DNA of 49,815 nt, the filler included, from Streblomastix strix (lineage: Eukaryota): assembly GCA_008636045.1 (NCBI GenBank). It is 3 parts of 3 records of this genome, joined end to end, with 100 filler letters (N's around TTAATTAATTAA, not from the genome) between each part and the next. Parts side by side here need not be neighbours in the genome. Positions count along the whole stretch, not along the records: positions 1 to 16,559 come from SNRW01000796.1; 2 more parts are not named here. One strand, given 5' to 3'. The first letter of the stretch is position 1, and each line of letters begins with the position of its first letter. A program made the translations under genes and the position numbers. Below are positions 1 through 11,574 of the stretch, one piece after another. Below the pieces are notes generated by a model. That model was given only the letters and a program-made list of their open reading frames with translations. It did no database searches and was not told the origin of the DNA.

Positions 1-85
1 AAAACTTATTCTCAATCTTGAGCAAATTTTTAAATTTTATTATTAACCAATTGAAATTCATTTAAATTATTGGATTATTTTAATT
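1..85 (-). repeat. Inverted copy of 1535-1619 at contig start
   Basis: Bases 1-72 are the exact reverse complement of 1548-1619, extending with one mismatch to about position 85. Confidence 0.9.
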
Positions 86-3000
86 CATCATTTCCATGTT
101 ATTTTAATATCTTAAAAATATTTGTATGATAAATATACTTCGAATGATTGATATATCCGAAAAATTAGTTTTTCCGAAATTTCTCTATCAAGCTAGCAAT
201 TTGTAATAATTTTAGTTAAATTGAATGACATATAATTATTTATTAATATAATAATAATAATTAATCTAAATTATTTCCTATATATAATTTCAATTGTTTA
301 ATGTTTTGAATTTTATTTCAAAATTATTCAACCAATTCGTAACAAAATTTTATTATAATGAATTTATATTTCCGTTTTCATTCATTTTATATAACTTTTT
401 CAAAAATATTTAAACTAAATTTTAATTATGATTAAATTTAAATATGAAAAAAATTCATTTAATTAAATAATCGTTTTTAATTTAAAACTTCAAATTAATT
501 CAATTTAATTTATTAAAATACTAATTAAACAAATTCCTGATATATTTATAAATTTATATTTATAATTTAGTCATATTTCTATTCTATTACGCAATGCTAT
601 GTTGTATCTTTTCTGAACTCTTTATTTTAATTTTGATTTATAATTTTAAATTTAGAATGAATTAATTTTTTTTGAATAATTTTTTTATAAAAAAAAATAA
701 AACAAAATTGGGAGAATGTTTTTCTAATGTTAAATAGATTATTTTTATTTTATTAATCTCAACATTTTTGAAAGTATATAATTCAATTATAATGTGAAAT
801 TTAAAAATAAGTAGAGAAATTTTAAAGCATTTTATAATCGTTTCTTTTTTTAAATTAAAAAAATTCTTAAATGTTTTTTAAACTTAATTTCAGATATTTT
901 TCAATCATTTCAACTATTAATTTTTAATTTTCCAAATGAATTAATAAAATCTATTTCTATTATAGCAAAAATGACAAAATATTTATATTTTTTGGATTTA
1001 TTAATATTTTCTTAATATTTACATATATATTTAATTACATTTTATTAGTCAATTAGTATAGTATTTATGAAGCATTTTTTTATTTTGATAAGGATTGAAA
1101 ATGTAGTTTCGGAAGAATCTGCTCCTTAATTGCAACTCGCTGTTCAATAATATATCTCAAGATCAAATCATGTTCTGTATATTCTACTTTTAATCGGAAA
1201 TAAGAAATGCTTTGTTTCCCAAAAAATTGGTGAAATAAATGAGACATAAATAAAAAGTAAATTTTAATGAAAATTTTAAGAAACAAACAAAGGGGTATAT
1301 GAATATATTTAAACAATAATTGATAAAGAAAAATATTTTTATCTGTATCTATTCAAATCCATAACTCCATCTCGATTTCATTTCTGAATCTAGAGTTGAA
1401 GGATTTCATTACATGTTGAATGATTCATTACGAATAACAAACATACGTACGTTTAAAATAATCAATCACATCAAAAAATAATAAAAAGATAAAAAATCAG
1501 GATGAAATAATTATTTGCATAAATATTCACATAAAATTAAAATAATTCAATAATTTAAATGAATTTCAATTGGTTAATAATAAAATTTAAAAATTTGCTC
1601 AAGATTGAGAATAAGTTTTTTATAAAAAATTAAAGGAATTGAACTCTTGTTGTAAATATATATCGAAATTTTGAAAGAAATAAGATAATTTAATGATGAA
1701 GATACGAAGTAATTTGTAAAATTAAATTTTCTAATATTAATAGGTTATAAATTAATAAATGAAGAGGAAGAATTGATTTTTAACATTTTATAAGATTCAA
1801 ATTTATTCTAATTTAAATTCAATGTTCAAAAATTGAATCAAAATCACTTCAAATCTAATTCAATAACTTGAAAGAGAAAAAAAAAGAATTGAAATGATTT
1901 TGAAAAAAGATATTTAAATCATGATAAATATAATTTAGTTAAAATATTAAGCACTTTTAAAATTAAGAAATATTTTAAAATGAAATTAAGATTTTAGCCA
2001 GAAAATTTGAAAATAATTTTTACGAAAAATTCATTTATTTTTCACTATTTGTTTTGATGTAAAAATTTCCCTTCCTGTAATTTAAAGAAATTGTTATCAA
2101 TAATTGGCAAACCATCACAAAATAAAACGATGTTATAATAAAAAAAATTTTACTAAAATAAAATTTTTAAAATAAATTAAAATAAATTAATTCATTAATT
2201 TAATTTTTTTTAAACTTTAAATAATTTGGATTTAAAATAAAATTTTTTTTTAAAAAAATATTAAAATATTTAATTAATAATACAATTTAGAAATACTTCC
2301 CAATATATAGATAAAGAAATATTAAGACACAAGACTATTGGCTTAGTTGCAATGATAACTGATTCGAACAACGAAGAAATTTTGATAAAGATAACTATTA
2401 ATAACGATATTTAAATAAATGAGCAGTAGTAACACTGTAATCTTTTTATAGCATGATGTGTTTTAAAAGTTATAAATATGAAATATTTTATTTGTTTCTC
2501 TCAACTACAACCATTAGAGTACTATGATGAGTAAGGTTTCTTTTAAAAATTTCCAAAAATATCAGATTTATTTTCATTTATTGTTTAAAATTCTTTTCTG
2601 TACATCAAGTAACAGGGATTTTCTTATTTATCCTAAGTAAACTTTTCGAAGATTCATTAAATTTTAAATTCTGGCCCACTCACAGGGACTGATTGCATGT
2701 GGGAGTTTCATTTCCTATGGCCGAATGTGGCAGTTTCGAAATAAACCAGTTGAGCAAATGGGCTTCGTGATAATCTGTTATTAAAAAATTTTCAAAAAAT
2801 TGTTACTTGACCATTTTTCTTAATAAGAAATAATAAATTGACATGTCTTTATCTTGCAAAATATATTAAAAAAATTTAATAATAAATTAGTAGAAACTTT
2901 TCTCAATTTTGAATTGAACTTTTTGAAGTACCAGTTGTAGAGTCACAATCAAATTACTTTATTAATCGAAACGCGAAGTTGGATGATATCAAAACAAAAA

Positions 3001-4232
3001 AATTTGTAGAATTTGATACATTGCTTATGCGAAAGAATAAATAATGTTTAAAAATAGTTGGAGAATTTGAACAATGCATCGTGAGAAGAGAATCCGGAGA
3101 AAGCGAAAATTCATATTTAGGATGATTGAAACAAGAATCTTGGATGGATTTGAGGCCCGGCTGTGTTTCTCAACTTATTGAAATAGATGATTAATAATAT
3201 TGTTGAAAGAAGGAATCAGAAAACAATTTCTTATATAGACGAAACTTTGTTAATGAATTAAGAAAAATAAAAGCTTAGGAAAGTGAACATTGAAGTTATT
3301 AAACAAATGAAAAACTTAAGTTGATTACTTGCATAAGGATAAATTTAATGAAAATATAGAAAGCAAATTCGAATTTCTTGGATAGAATTGTAGCTCTTGA
3401 AAGAAGGAAATCAGCATTCCAAGTGATATGAGGAAACAATTTGATTGGAACTTTAATAACTAGCTGGGGCAGATGAAGAAAGGTAAAACAATGAGAGTTA
3501 AGACGATTGAGGTAACATAAAGAGAACTAAATTTTCTGGGTACATAATTTCTGGAAACATCATAACGTATCCATTCGATTTATAAGCCGAAAACAAAAGT
3601 TTTGAAGGAAGTTAGTTAGAAATTAAAAACTACTTTTCGAGGAAGATTCGTGGAGAGCTAGAATGGTGTAAGGATCTATTGAAGAAAATGTACCTTATCA
3701 GTTCGAGATGAAATAAACAAAATGAATTCCGAAATATGCTGAAATAACACTCAGAATGTTTGCAAAATATAATTAAATAAAAACGAACTTCTACTGTTTT
3801 ATTGAACATTATACAATAACAAAAAAAAATTAATTTTTTTTTATTTTTACAATCATTTTTTCAAAAATATACTAATCGTAGAATGAATTACTTAATTAAT
3901 TTATTATTAATTTTTGTGAATTCTTCATTTAATAAATAATTTGCCATTTCTATCATTATTCATATAAAAATTTTTATGATTTTATCTAAAGATTAATAAA
4001 ATTTTCTATAATTTTTATAAATCAATAATTTTATTTAGTTTTAACTTAAATTTTTTCAAATATTAATCTTTTTTTATATTTATAAATATTTAAAAATTAA
4101 AACAATAATTCTCAATATAAATACAAATATTGCTATACTTCAATTTTAATCTTAATAAATCCTAATATAAATTTTTTCGACAATTTTTCTATTTTATCTG
4201 TCGAAATCGATCATTTATAGATTTATAATTGT
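72..4232 (+). repeat. Composite dispersed repeat, copy 1 (segments A 72-1067, B 1063-1335, X 1336-2877, C 2878-4232)
   Basis: Segments A, B and C align by eye with high identity to 11575-12567, 14433-14705 and 14705-16049. Anchors include 'ggattattttaattcatcatttccatgttatttt', 'gtttcggaagaatctgctcctt' and 'gaagtaccagttgtagagtcacaatc'. Boundaries are approximate. Confidence 0.9.
2950..3720 (+). pseudogene. Decayed DIRS/YR-retrotransposon reverse transcriptase (palm, thumb and connection region)
   Basis: Translation with TAR=Gln across frameshifts gives GWI*GPAVF (motif-4-like), TISYIDETLLMNQ (YxDD-like, 3232-3243), KFEFLG (FEFLG at 3368), RELNFLGTQFLETS and IRGELEWC. This motif order and spacing is typical of DIRS-type RT. 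Internal TGA stops and frameshifts are present. Confidence 0.75.
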
Positions 4233-4292
4233 CTAATTTTAACAAACAAGATCTTTGAAAAAAAAAGTCTGGCTTTGACACCAATATCAGCT

Positions 4293-4954
4293 ATGATAAA
4301 GTAATTTCCTTTTAAATCTAATTATCAGTTAAACGAAAGAAAGGCAGAAGCAGATAAATTGATGTGTTTACATATTTTATAGTTAATATAGCAGGAAATC
4401 AATTTTTTATTAAATACTAAATTTTTCCATCAAACCAGATCGAAATATCCTGATCGTGTACCAGTAATATGTGAACGCGCAGATGATAGTGATATTCCAG
4501 GTTTACATTCTTCGAATTATATTAGAATTTCATTTATTTATTTATTTTTAATGTTGATTTCATTTTTTCTCATTCAACGCACAGAGATTGACAACAAAAA
4601 GTATGAAATAAATTTCTATACTTCACTATTTTATTGTTGTTTTTAAAAAACATAGATTCACTGTGGATCCGGACATGACCATCGGAGGATTCTAATGGGT
4701 TTTACGAAAGTAATTAAAGGTTGATATTTAAAATTATAATTCCCTTATTTTTATCTTCACGATTCCTAATCTCTTCAATTTTATTCATTGTTTAGTTGAG
4801 CCCTGAAAACGGGATCTTTGTTTTCATAGACAACGCCATTCCACCAACTGCTTCAGTTATGTGCATCTTTTATGTTCTGTATAAAATGAAGCACCCAACT
4901 GATGATGACTTCTTATTCATCACATATTCTGGGGAGAACACTTTAGATCAATGA
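4293..4954 (+). CDS. ATG8: Atg8/GABARAP-family ubiquitin-like protein, 5 exons (4293-4363, 4439-4500, 4585-4600, 4656-4719, 4796-4954)
   Basis: Spliced translation: MIKQFPFKSNYQLNERKAEADKLISKYPDRVPVICERADDSDIPEIDNKKFTVDPDMTIGGFQWVLRKQLKLSPENGIFVFIDNAIPPTASVMCIFYVLYKMKHPTDDDFLFITYSGENTLDQ*. Atg8 motifs KYPDRVPVICE and FLFITYSGENT are present. All four introns are GT-AG and preserve the frame. Confidence 0.93.
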
Positions 4955-5266
4955 TGGATTTAAAAGTCAATTAGTGATCCTTATTGGACATATTTGTATA
5001 TGAATATAATTTTTTTTGTACAAAAATGCTTATTGATTGTAATCGATATATTAATTTAATAATTACTTCCTTATTTAACACATTATTCAATATTAAATTT
5101 AATTTTCTACTTGTTTAAAATATTACTTGATATTTTAAAGATCATTTTATTATAACTTTATCATTAAACTATCTAATTTAAGTATAAGAAAATTGTTAAT
5201 ATATTTATATTATTTACAATATAAGTGAGATCAATGAATAAATCAAATTTAAGAAAAGTGAAATGA

Positions 5267-5617
5267 AAACTGTGTCCGATTTCCGCTTTATAGAACTGGA
5301 TACTAGTTAGATCAACAATCAATACTTCTGGAGATGCAGTATTCTGGAATTTCCAAAAATGAATATAAGCATCATCATATTATTGCAGTCTATCACTCAC
5401 TTCTATCCTACGAAAAACAGGAATCCAATAATCATATAATGGTCCATCCATCAGACACGCGTGCATGACAAAGTTAAGATCATCGGGAGCTTCTGTAACT
5501 GAAGTTGACGCCTTTACCAGACAAACTCTCACTTCAACTGTTGTGGATGCATTCTACTTCCGCCCTCTTTAGAGAGACTTATCCAAGCTATTGATTGGGA
5601 ATTAAAGGTTAGAATGA
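5267..5617 (+). pseudogene. Tyrosine recombinase C-terminal fragment (DIRS-type retrotransposon)
   Basis: Translation: KLCPISALQNWILVR...FWNFQK*IQASSYYCSLSLTSILRKTGIQQSYNGPSIRHACMTKLRSSGASVTEVDAFTRQTLTSTVVDAFYFRPLQRDLSKLL. It has the CPxxAL motif, the SIRH box-II-like motif and a candidate catalytic Tyr. One in-frame TGA; N-terminus absent. Confidence 0.85.
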
Positions 5618-5649
5618 GAATACTTTTATAATAATTAAATTATTATTTA

Positions 5650-6572
5650 TATCTGGGAATTTCCCAAAGTATATGCAATGTATATTTGAATATATATATG
5701 AAATGTCCTGGCATTTTCCCAGAGAAATAGCATATAACTGGATATATCCCAAAGTATATGAATTGAAACGGCATTTTTCCGTCATGTATATATGTATATG
5801 TCTTAATGTAGAGAAATTTGCGTACGAGATAACCTATCCTCCGCAAGGTGATAGAATTTCAGCCTCTCTACATTAAAAGTATATGAAATGACTCTTCATT
5901 TCTGAAGAGTCATTGATTACAATATTCAATGTCTCGGCATTTCCGAAGGGTATATTAGCCTATATAACAATTCTGGAATAACTCCAAGGCCAAAGTGCTA
6001 TAAATACTTAGATTTCGAAGATTATTTTATATATGTATTCATTAATATTCGAAATCTAAAGATTTAAATAATTACCAGATTTGCTGAGAATAAATTTTAT
6101 TAATAAAACTATATGTTTATATATATTTCTTTATATGACTTTGTATTCCAATACAAATGGAGGCCGCATTAGACGGCCTGGGTAGTTCCAAACCCAGAGG
6201 TACGGTTAGGTTTAGAAACAACCCAGCCATCTAATATGGCCTCCATTTACTTAATTTAAATTATAATATTAAATTTAACATTATTAACTTATTCATTATA
6301 GCCTCCACGACACCAAATAACAGTCAGAGTGCGCAGATGTCGTAGAAGAGCTGTAAACGTTTGGTGACATATCTACTACTACTTCTGAGGATTCAGAATA
6401 AGTGCGTTGAGTGCAAGGGGAGGTTTCATACAGTTGTAATGAAACAAGTTTACACTACACCACAATGTTTATATTTGTAATTTCATGTCAGCTTTGTTTG
6501 GTCTGGCCCATTGGCCGGATTTGTGTATTCCAATACAAATGGAGGCCTAATTAGATGACTGGGTTGTTTCTA
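5650..6572. mobile_element. Non-coding 3' terminal region of the YR element with hairpin repeats and split direct/inverted repeats
   Basis: Recurrent 'aaagtatatg' and 'ggcattt(t)..cc' units. Perfect 12-bp hairpin at 5887-5914. A ~45-bp motif occurs at 6142-6190 (+), 6213-6248 (-) and 6524-6572 (+). Confidence 0.6.
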
Positions 6573-7356
6573 TGTCTGGAATTCCTTCCTGCTACTAATG
6601 CTCTGATCTACTTTTAAACTTCTGACTGTGATTTTCTTAATGAAGCTTCATCTTAATAGTTTCATCATTTCATTTAACTCAAAAATATTTATAAGTATCA
6701 GGGACAAAAACGATTTTAAATTTCTCATTCGTTAAACTTCACATTAAATAAAATTAAATCAATTCTTATTACAGTTTATTATTATATAATTTATTATTAT
6801 ATATAATTATCATATATTTATTATATCGTAATCTTTATTACAATGAATAATTTCTATCAAGGTCGATTTAGACAAAATTTAATTGGATTTAGAATTCGAA
6901 ACTTGGAAATTTCATGTTGATTTCGACATTTATATATTTTCTATCTTATAAACTAAACAGTTTACTAACCTTTAATTACATTCTATATATAATATATATT
7001 TATCCAAATAATCACTAGATAATATCGTTATAAATACCCGAATAAAACAGAAATTTTGAAAAAGTGAAATTTTTTTAATTTAACTTAAATTCCCTTGGTA
7101 AACTAATTTCAAACTTTTAAACAACATATTCAATTTTAAACGACTAAAATATAAAATAAATAAAATTTTAATTTTACAATTAACTGAATTCTAGATCAAA
7201 ATTATTATTTTTTTATTTTTTTCAAAAAATATTTATTTGTCGAATTCGACAAGGCCAAAATGGCCTGAACGAACGAAAATGTCGAAAATTAACAGCACTA
7301 TTTAAATAATTAATTTAAGATAATAATGAAATTAGCTTATTTCCCAATTAAATATT

Positions 7357-7871
7357 AAAATTTTGGGTAAGATCATAAACGGCCAGCAAGTGATTTTATC
7401 TATAATTTATATATATTTAGATTTCTAATGAATAATATATCATTGTTTACTATTATTGTATTTGATGAAAATGCTTGGACCAGGAGCTGGATTTTAGGCT
7501 TTTTAATGGTAAAACTGCGTTTGAAAAAGGCACACAAAGCTCATTATTTTTAAACCCTAACCAGTCATTCGAAAAGGCACGCAAAGCTCATTCGACATTG
7601 ACCCTAACCCTAATTATTAATGATAAACACAATGTAAGCAAAATTAAACTAAAATATGCAAAAACTACCAAGAAACAAACATTTAAAAAAATACCAAAAA
7701 AATCAAAATATGCCTAAAATCCAAAAATTGCCCATGCCATATTTTTTGGGCCAAGCATTTTCATCAAATACGATTATAGTAAACAATGATATACTAGTCT
7801 AGAACTATCTAATGATATATTAAAAATAGGTAAAATCGATTGCCGGCCGTTTGTGATCTCGCCAAAATTTT
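7357..7871. mobile_element. MITE-like element with ~125-bp imperfect inverted repeats
   Basis: 7357-7482 is an imperfect reverse complement of 7748-7871 (e.g. 'gatcataaacggcc' vs 'ggccgtttgtgatc'; 'gtatttgatgaaaatgcttgg' vs 'ccaagcattttcatcaaatac'). Internal direct repeat 'aaaaggcacRcaaagctcatt' twice, with ccctaa motifs. Confidence 0.7.
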
Positions 7872-8212
7872 GTGTCGGTAACTTTTCTCACAACATGAAT
7901 ATATTATAATTTTCAAAAAAAATTAATTATATTATAATTTTTATATAAAATGTTTTAATGCACCTGATTTTCTATGAAATTTTATTTAAATCAAATATTA
8001 ATTAAATTTTTATTCTTTCATTGTTGTAATACTATGAACAATATAAAATTATTACACTGAACATAAAAGGATTTTTTATTTTTAATTTTTTAACTTTATA
8101 TTTGTTTTTACTAAAGCTTATAATTAAAAATCAACTTAATAATTATTCAATATTAGATAAAACTTTATTGTAAGTATTTATTATACTTTGATTTATATTT
8201 TTTAAATCGTAG

Positions 8213-9640
8213 ATACTAAGATTTAAACTTGCTTCTTATAAGGCATTTCTTATATCTCCTGTTGTAGTTATTATCATTAAAATTGTATTATCTGCTATAA
8301 ATTATGTAATAAGGAAGAGATAATACGATAAAAAGTAAGATTAAGATCACAATTAAATTGTTAGTTAGCAATGGTAAATTCAGGAACTTGAAAGAAAAAC
8401 TCTCAATTCAAAATAAAATTTGATTATTCAAATACAAATTGAAGCAGAATAAAATGCTATTATACCATATAAAGAAGATCCTACTATTCCTCATGAACCA
8501 AAAACAGCCAATTTTGAAGACTTGAGAACAATGAAGTTCTTAAGATATGTTCCAGAAATATCATCTAATGCCTGTAACAGCAATATTAATTAATCGCACA
8601 ACGATAATCATGATAATATTTTCATTGCACATACACATTTATTCTCTTCTGATGATAATCATAGCTCTTCAATACGAAAAAAATAATCGCAATTTATATC
8701 ATCATCATCTGATCCATTACAATTATAGAAAGATGAACAATCCAAACAATGGCAAAAAAGACACACTGAAGAAATACGAACAAAAATTGAATCTCCTGAA
8801 ATATAATAAAAAACAAAATAAATGATAAAATAGATTGCTGAAGATAAATCAACTTCATAAGTCTATAATATTTATGATTCTTAAAAAAATATGAATCAAA
8901 TTGTATTAACTGATAATAATGATAACAATAAAGAATAATAAACATAAAAAGATTTAAATTCCATTTTTTCTTCTTCTCAACCATTATAAGACTATAGAAA
9001 TTTTCTCTCCAACAAAATACCACTTCAAATTGGTTTCTCAATGGTACCAGAAGATGCACCAGAAGTCTTTGATATTAATTGGGGGGATTTAGGTCCTCCT
9101 TCAACACTCGGACTTATTTCTCATGGCATTTGTGTGCCCAATGCAGAACTGGTTGATTTGCAGGAGAAATAGTAATACCTTTATTAACTAGATATGAAAG
9201 CATAAATTGCTCAGATTAGTTAATAATAGGTCAATAAATCCAGAAATATATCTCACTTTTCTAATAGTTTATAAATGGTACCTGAAGATAGTCCAGATAA
9301 TATTAAATCTTCACTTAAATAATCTTCATCTAATTCGTTGAATGAGAATGAAATTTAATTTGATATTGAAAACTATGAAACAGAAGATGATGATAATAAT
9401 AATGATGATTAATAATAGGAAGATAAAAATGATGATGGTGATGTTGGTGATGATTATGCTTAAATTTATGATTATGATTATACTTAAATTGATGAAAGTG
9501 AAGATGATGGTGATAGTGATGATGATGCTTAAATTGATAATTATGATGATGAATAAAAGGAAGATGAAAATGATGAAGAAGAAGAAGAAGATGATGATGA
9601 TGATTATGATGATGAAATAGTTAAAATTCTTATAAAATGA
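8213..9640 (+). CDS. Hypothetical protein, large terminal exon with Asp/Glu-rich C-terminal tail (upstream exons unresolved)
   Basis: After a gtaagt...cgtag intron (8170-8212) the frame reads open with TAR=Gln (ILRFKLASYKAFLISPVVV...VPEDAPEVFDINWGDLGPPSTLG...DDEEEEEDDDDDYDDE) to TGA at 9638-9640. Confidence 0.6.
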
Positions 9641-10502
9641 AAAAAAAAGAAATCATAAAAGGGTAAAATCGAACTTAATAGAAATATATTAAGAAAGATT
9701 GAAATATCAACCTAATACTGAAGATGATTGTTTAATATTCATTTATATTTTAGATTTTTTTTTACACGGATTAATTATTGAAAAGCTCTTATTTCAAAAT
9801 TTTATTTTATTAACGACTATTTTCAAAAATTTTCAATCAATTTAAGATGTTTTAATAAATTATTTGATAATTAGAGCATAAATTGTTAGTAACTGACTTT
9901 TACTTTTACTAATTTTATTTTTAGCAGTTTAAAAAATTCCCTGTGATTTAGCCTACATTTTAACTTGCATGTTGATTTATATTCCATATTATTACATTCA
10001 ATATCAATTAAATTAAATTTAAAAGAAAAACAAGAATTAAAAATTTAGTGAGTATTACTGCCTCAACTGTATTATTATATCTATAAATACATTTATTTTT
10101 CAATTGTAAATAATTAAATGTTATTAAAATAATTAAAAATATTAAAATATCTATATTGTTTTATATATATATAAATTAACTTTAAAAAAATTTATTACTT
10201 TTTTCAATTTTCTTCTTGTAGAACAAATAAAATTTAGATTTCTTTCAACAATACTTGGAGTTGATTAGACTCTGTGAAATCTAATATAAATGCCGACCTT
10301 GACCGCACTTAGATAGTTTTAGGAAAATTAAATCAGAAAAATATTATTTAGATTTATTGCAATACATATTTATTTGCACAAACTTGAATGAATATGCTAA
10401 ATAGATCAGACGCATATAAAGTAAATAATACTATATCAGATCCTTTGCCAAGCTCATCATATAAATAGTTCATTGCATTTGAAAACTCAGCCTTTGCCAC
10501 AT

Positions 10503-11402
10503 TCACTTTGAAGGTATAGGTTCAGCAACAAGCTCTTCTGGTGGAGCAACCATCGTGTGATGAATAGTGCGCCGTGGAGTGTAGATAATCAAAGTCAACT
10601 GTTCATCATCTGCTCCTTTGAACCCAAAAGCTTTGAGACTGTCTTCCCAAACTTTCTTCTTCATTTCTGGGCATGTGCAGATCTTAGCAACTGCATCTAC
10701 AATTATCTGGTCCCACGCTTTCTGATCTGAAACCAACAATGCTACATTTTCATTTACTTGAATCTCATTAACTTTCTTTGAACCCAGATGAGTTGATGAG
10801 AACAATCCAACTCCTTCTTTGTAGTGGACTTCCATAACTCTGGAATCATGGTATGATCCTTGGAATGTGATAAGATCAGCCAACTTCTTTGGAGTGAAAG
10901 TCTTCTTCAACAATTCATCAATCTCTTTTGTCTTGAATGGACCTGTTGCAATTGATTGGGATTCTCCCTTTGAAATCTTCCCTTCAATCTTTGGATCTAT
11001 TGGAGTACCTTCATATGAATCTTTCCCAAAAGTAACCTGATGTACAGTGATTAAGATCACTCTAAGACGTTCATCATTCTTTCCAGTATAACCATATTAT
11101 AGTAATTCATCAGACCATGCTGCATCCAGGTCTCTACGCTCAGCAGACAGCCTCAAACTCACATGAGCAACAATTGTATCAAACCCTTTTTTTGGATATA
11201 AACTGATGGTTGCAAGCGGATTCTTCTCAATCTGAGCAATTTTTGATGTTCCTGTCTTTGTTGTGTAGAAGAAACCGAGATCAGAACTATGTCTCAATTA
11301 ACCAACACGTGGAGAAGGTCTCGTATTGTTGGTAGTTGTCAACACCGACCACAGGAAGTGTTCTTGATAATTGAGCAAAAACTTCTCTGCTGCGTTTGCC
11401 AT
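10503..11402 (-). CDS. Tandem two-domain pyridoxamine 5'-phosphate oxidase-like (FMN-binding split barrel, general stress protein 26-like) protein, 299 aa, intronless
   Basis: ATG at 11402 (MANAAEKFLL...). The ORF-track fragments 11097-11297 and 10503-11060 share one frame and join when TAA=Gln, ending at TGA 10503. Repeated motif pattern R...F.T...SKxxQIxxNxxxxL...AWxDxLxxxGxxGxxDxxL occurs twice. Confidence 0.85.
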
Positions 11403-11574
11403 GAGTATTCTAGTAAGATTTATATAGATATCGAAATAGTATCGTATTAATGTGTTTAAGTAATAAATAATGGAAACTATATATATTTAGATTGAACATT
11501 TGATAAAGATTTTCTTTACTTTAATAAATGGGGTTAAAATCTACTACTTTATTGTCCAGCTATATGAACAATCG

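Noticed and set aside
2950..5617. RT and YR remnants as one intact DIRS element that captured Atg8
   Set aside because: The RT lies inside a repeat duplicated elsewhere without Atg8 or YR, no RNase H or YR N-terminus links them, and Atg8 retains introns. Independent fragments are more likely.
5650..6060. CRISPR array or integron cassette array next to a recombinase
   Set aside because: Repeats are too degenerate, spacing is irregular, there are no cas genes or cassette ORFs, and the context is a eukaryotic YR retroelement.
5900..6450. Hammerhead ribozyme cores (CTGAAGA at ~5902, CTGAGGA at ~6385)
   Set aside because: No stem II closed by a correctly placed GAAA could be built by eye.
9342..9620. 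Met/Lys-rich ORF in the supplied track
   Set aside because: Off-frame reading of the (GAT/GAA)n acidic tail of the 8213-9640 exon.
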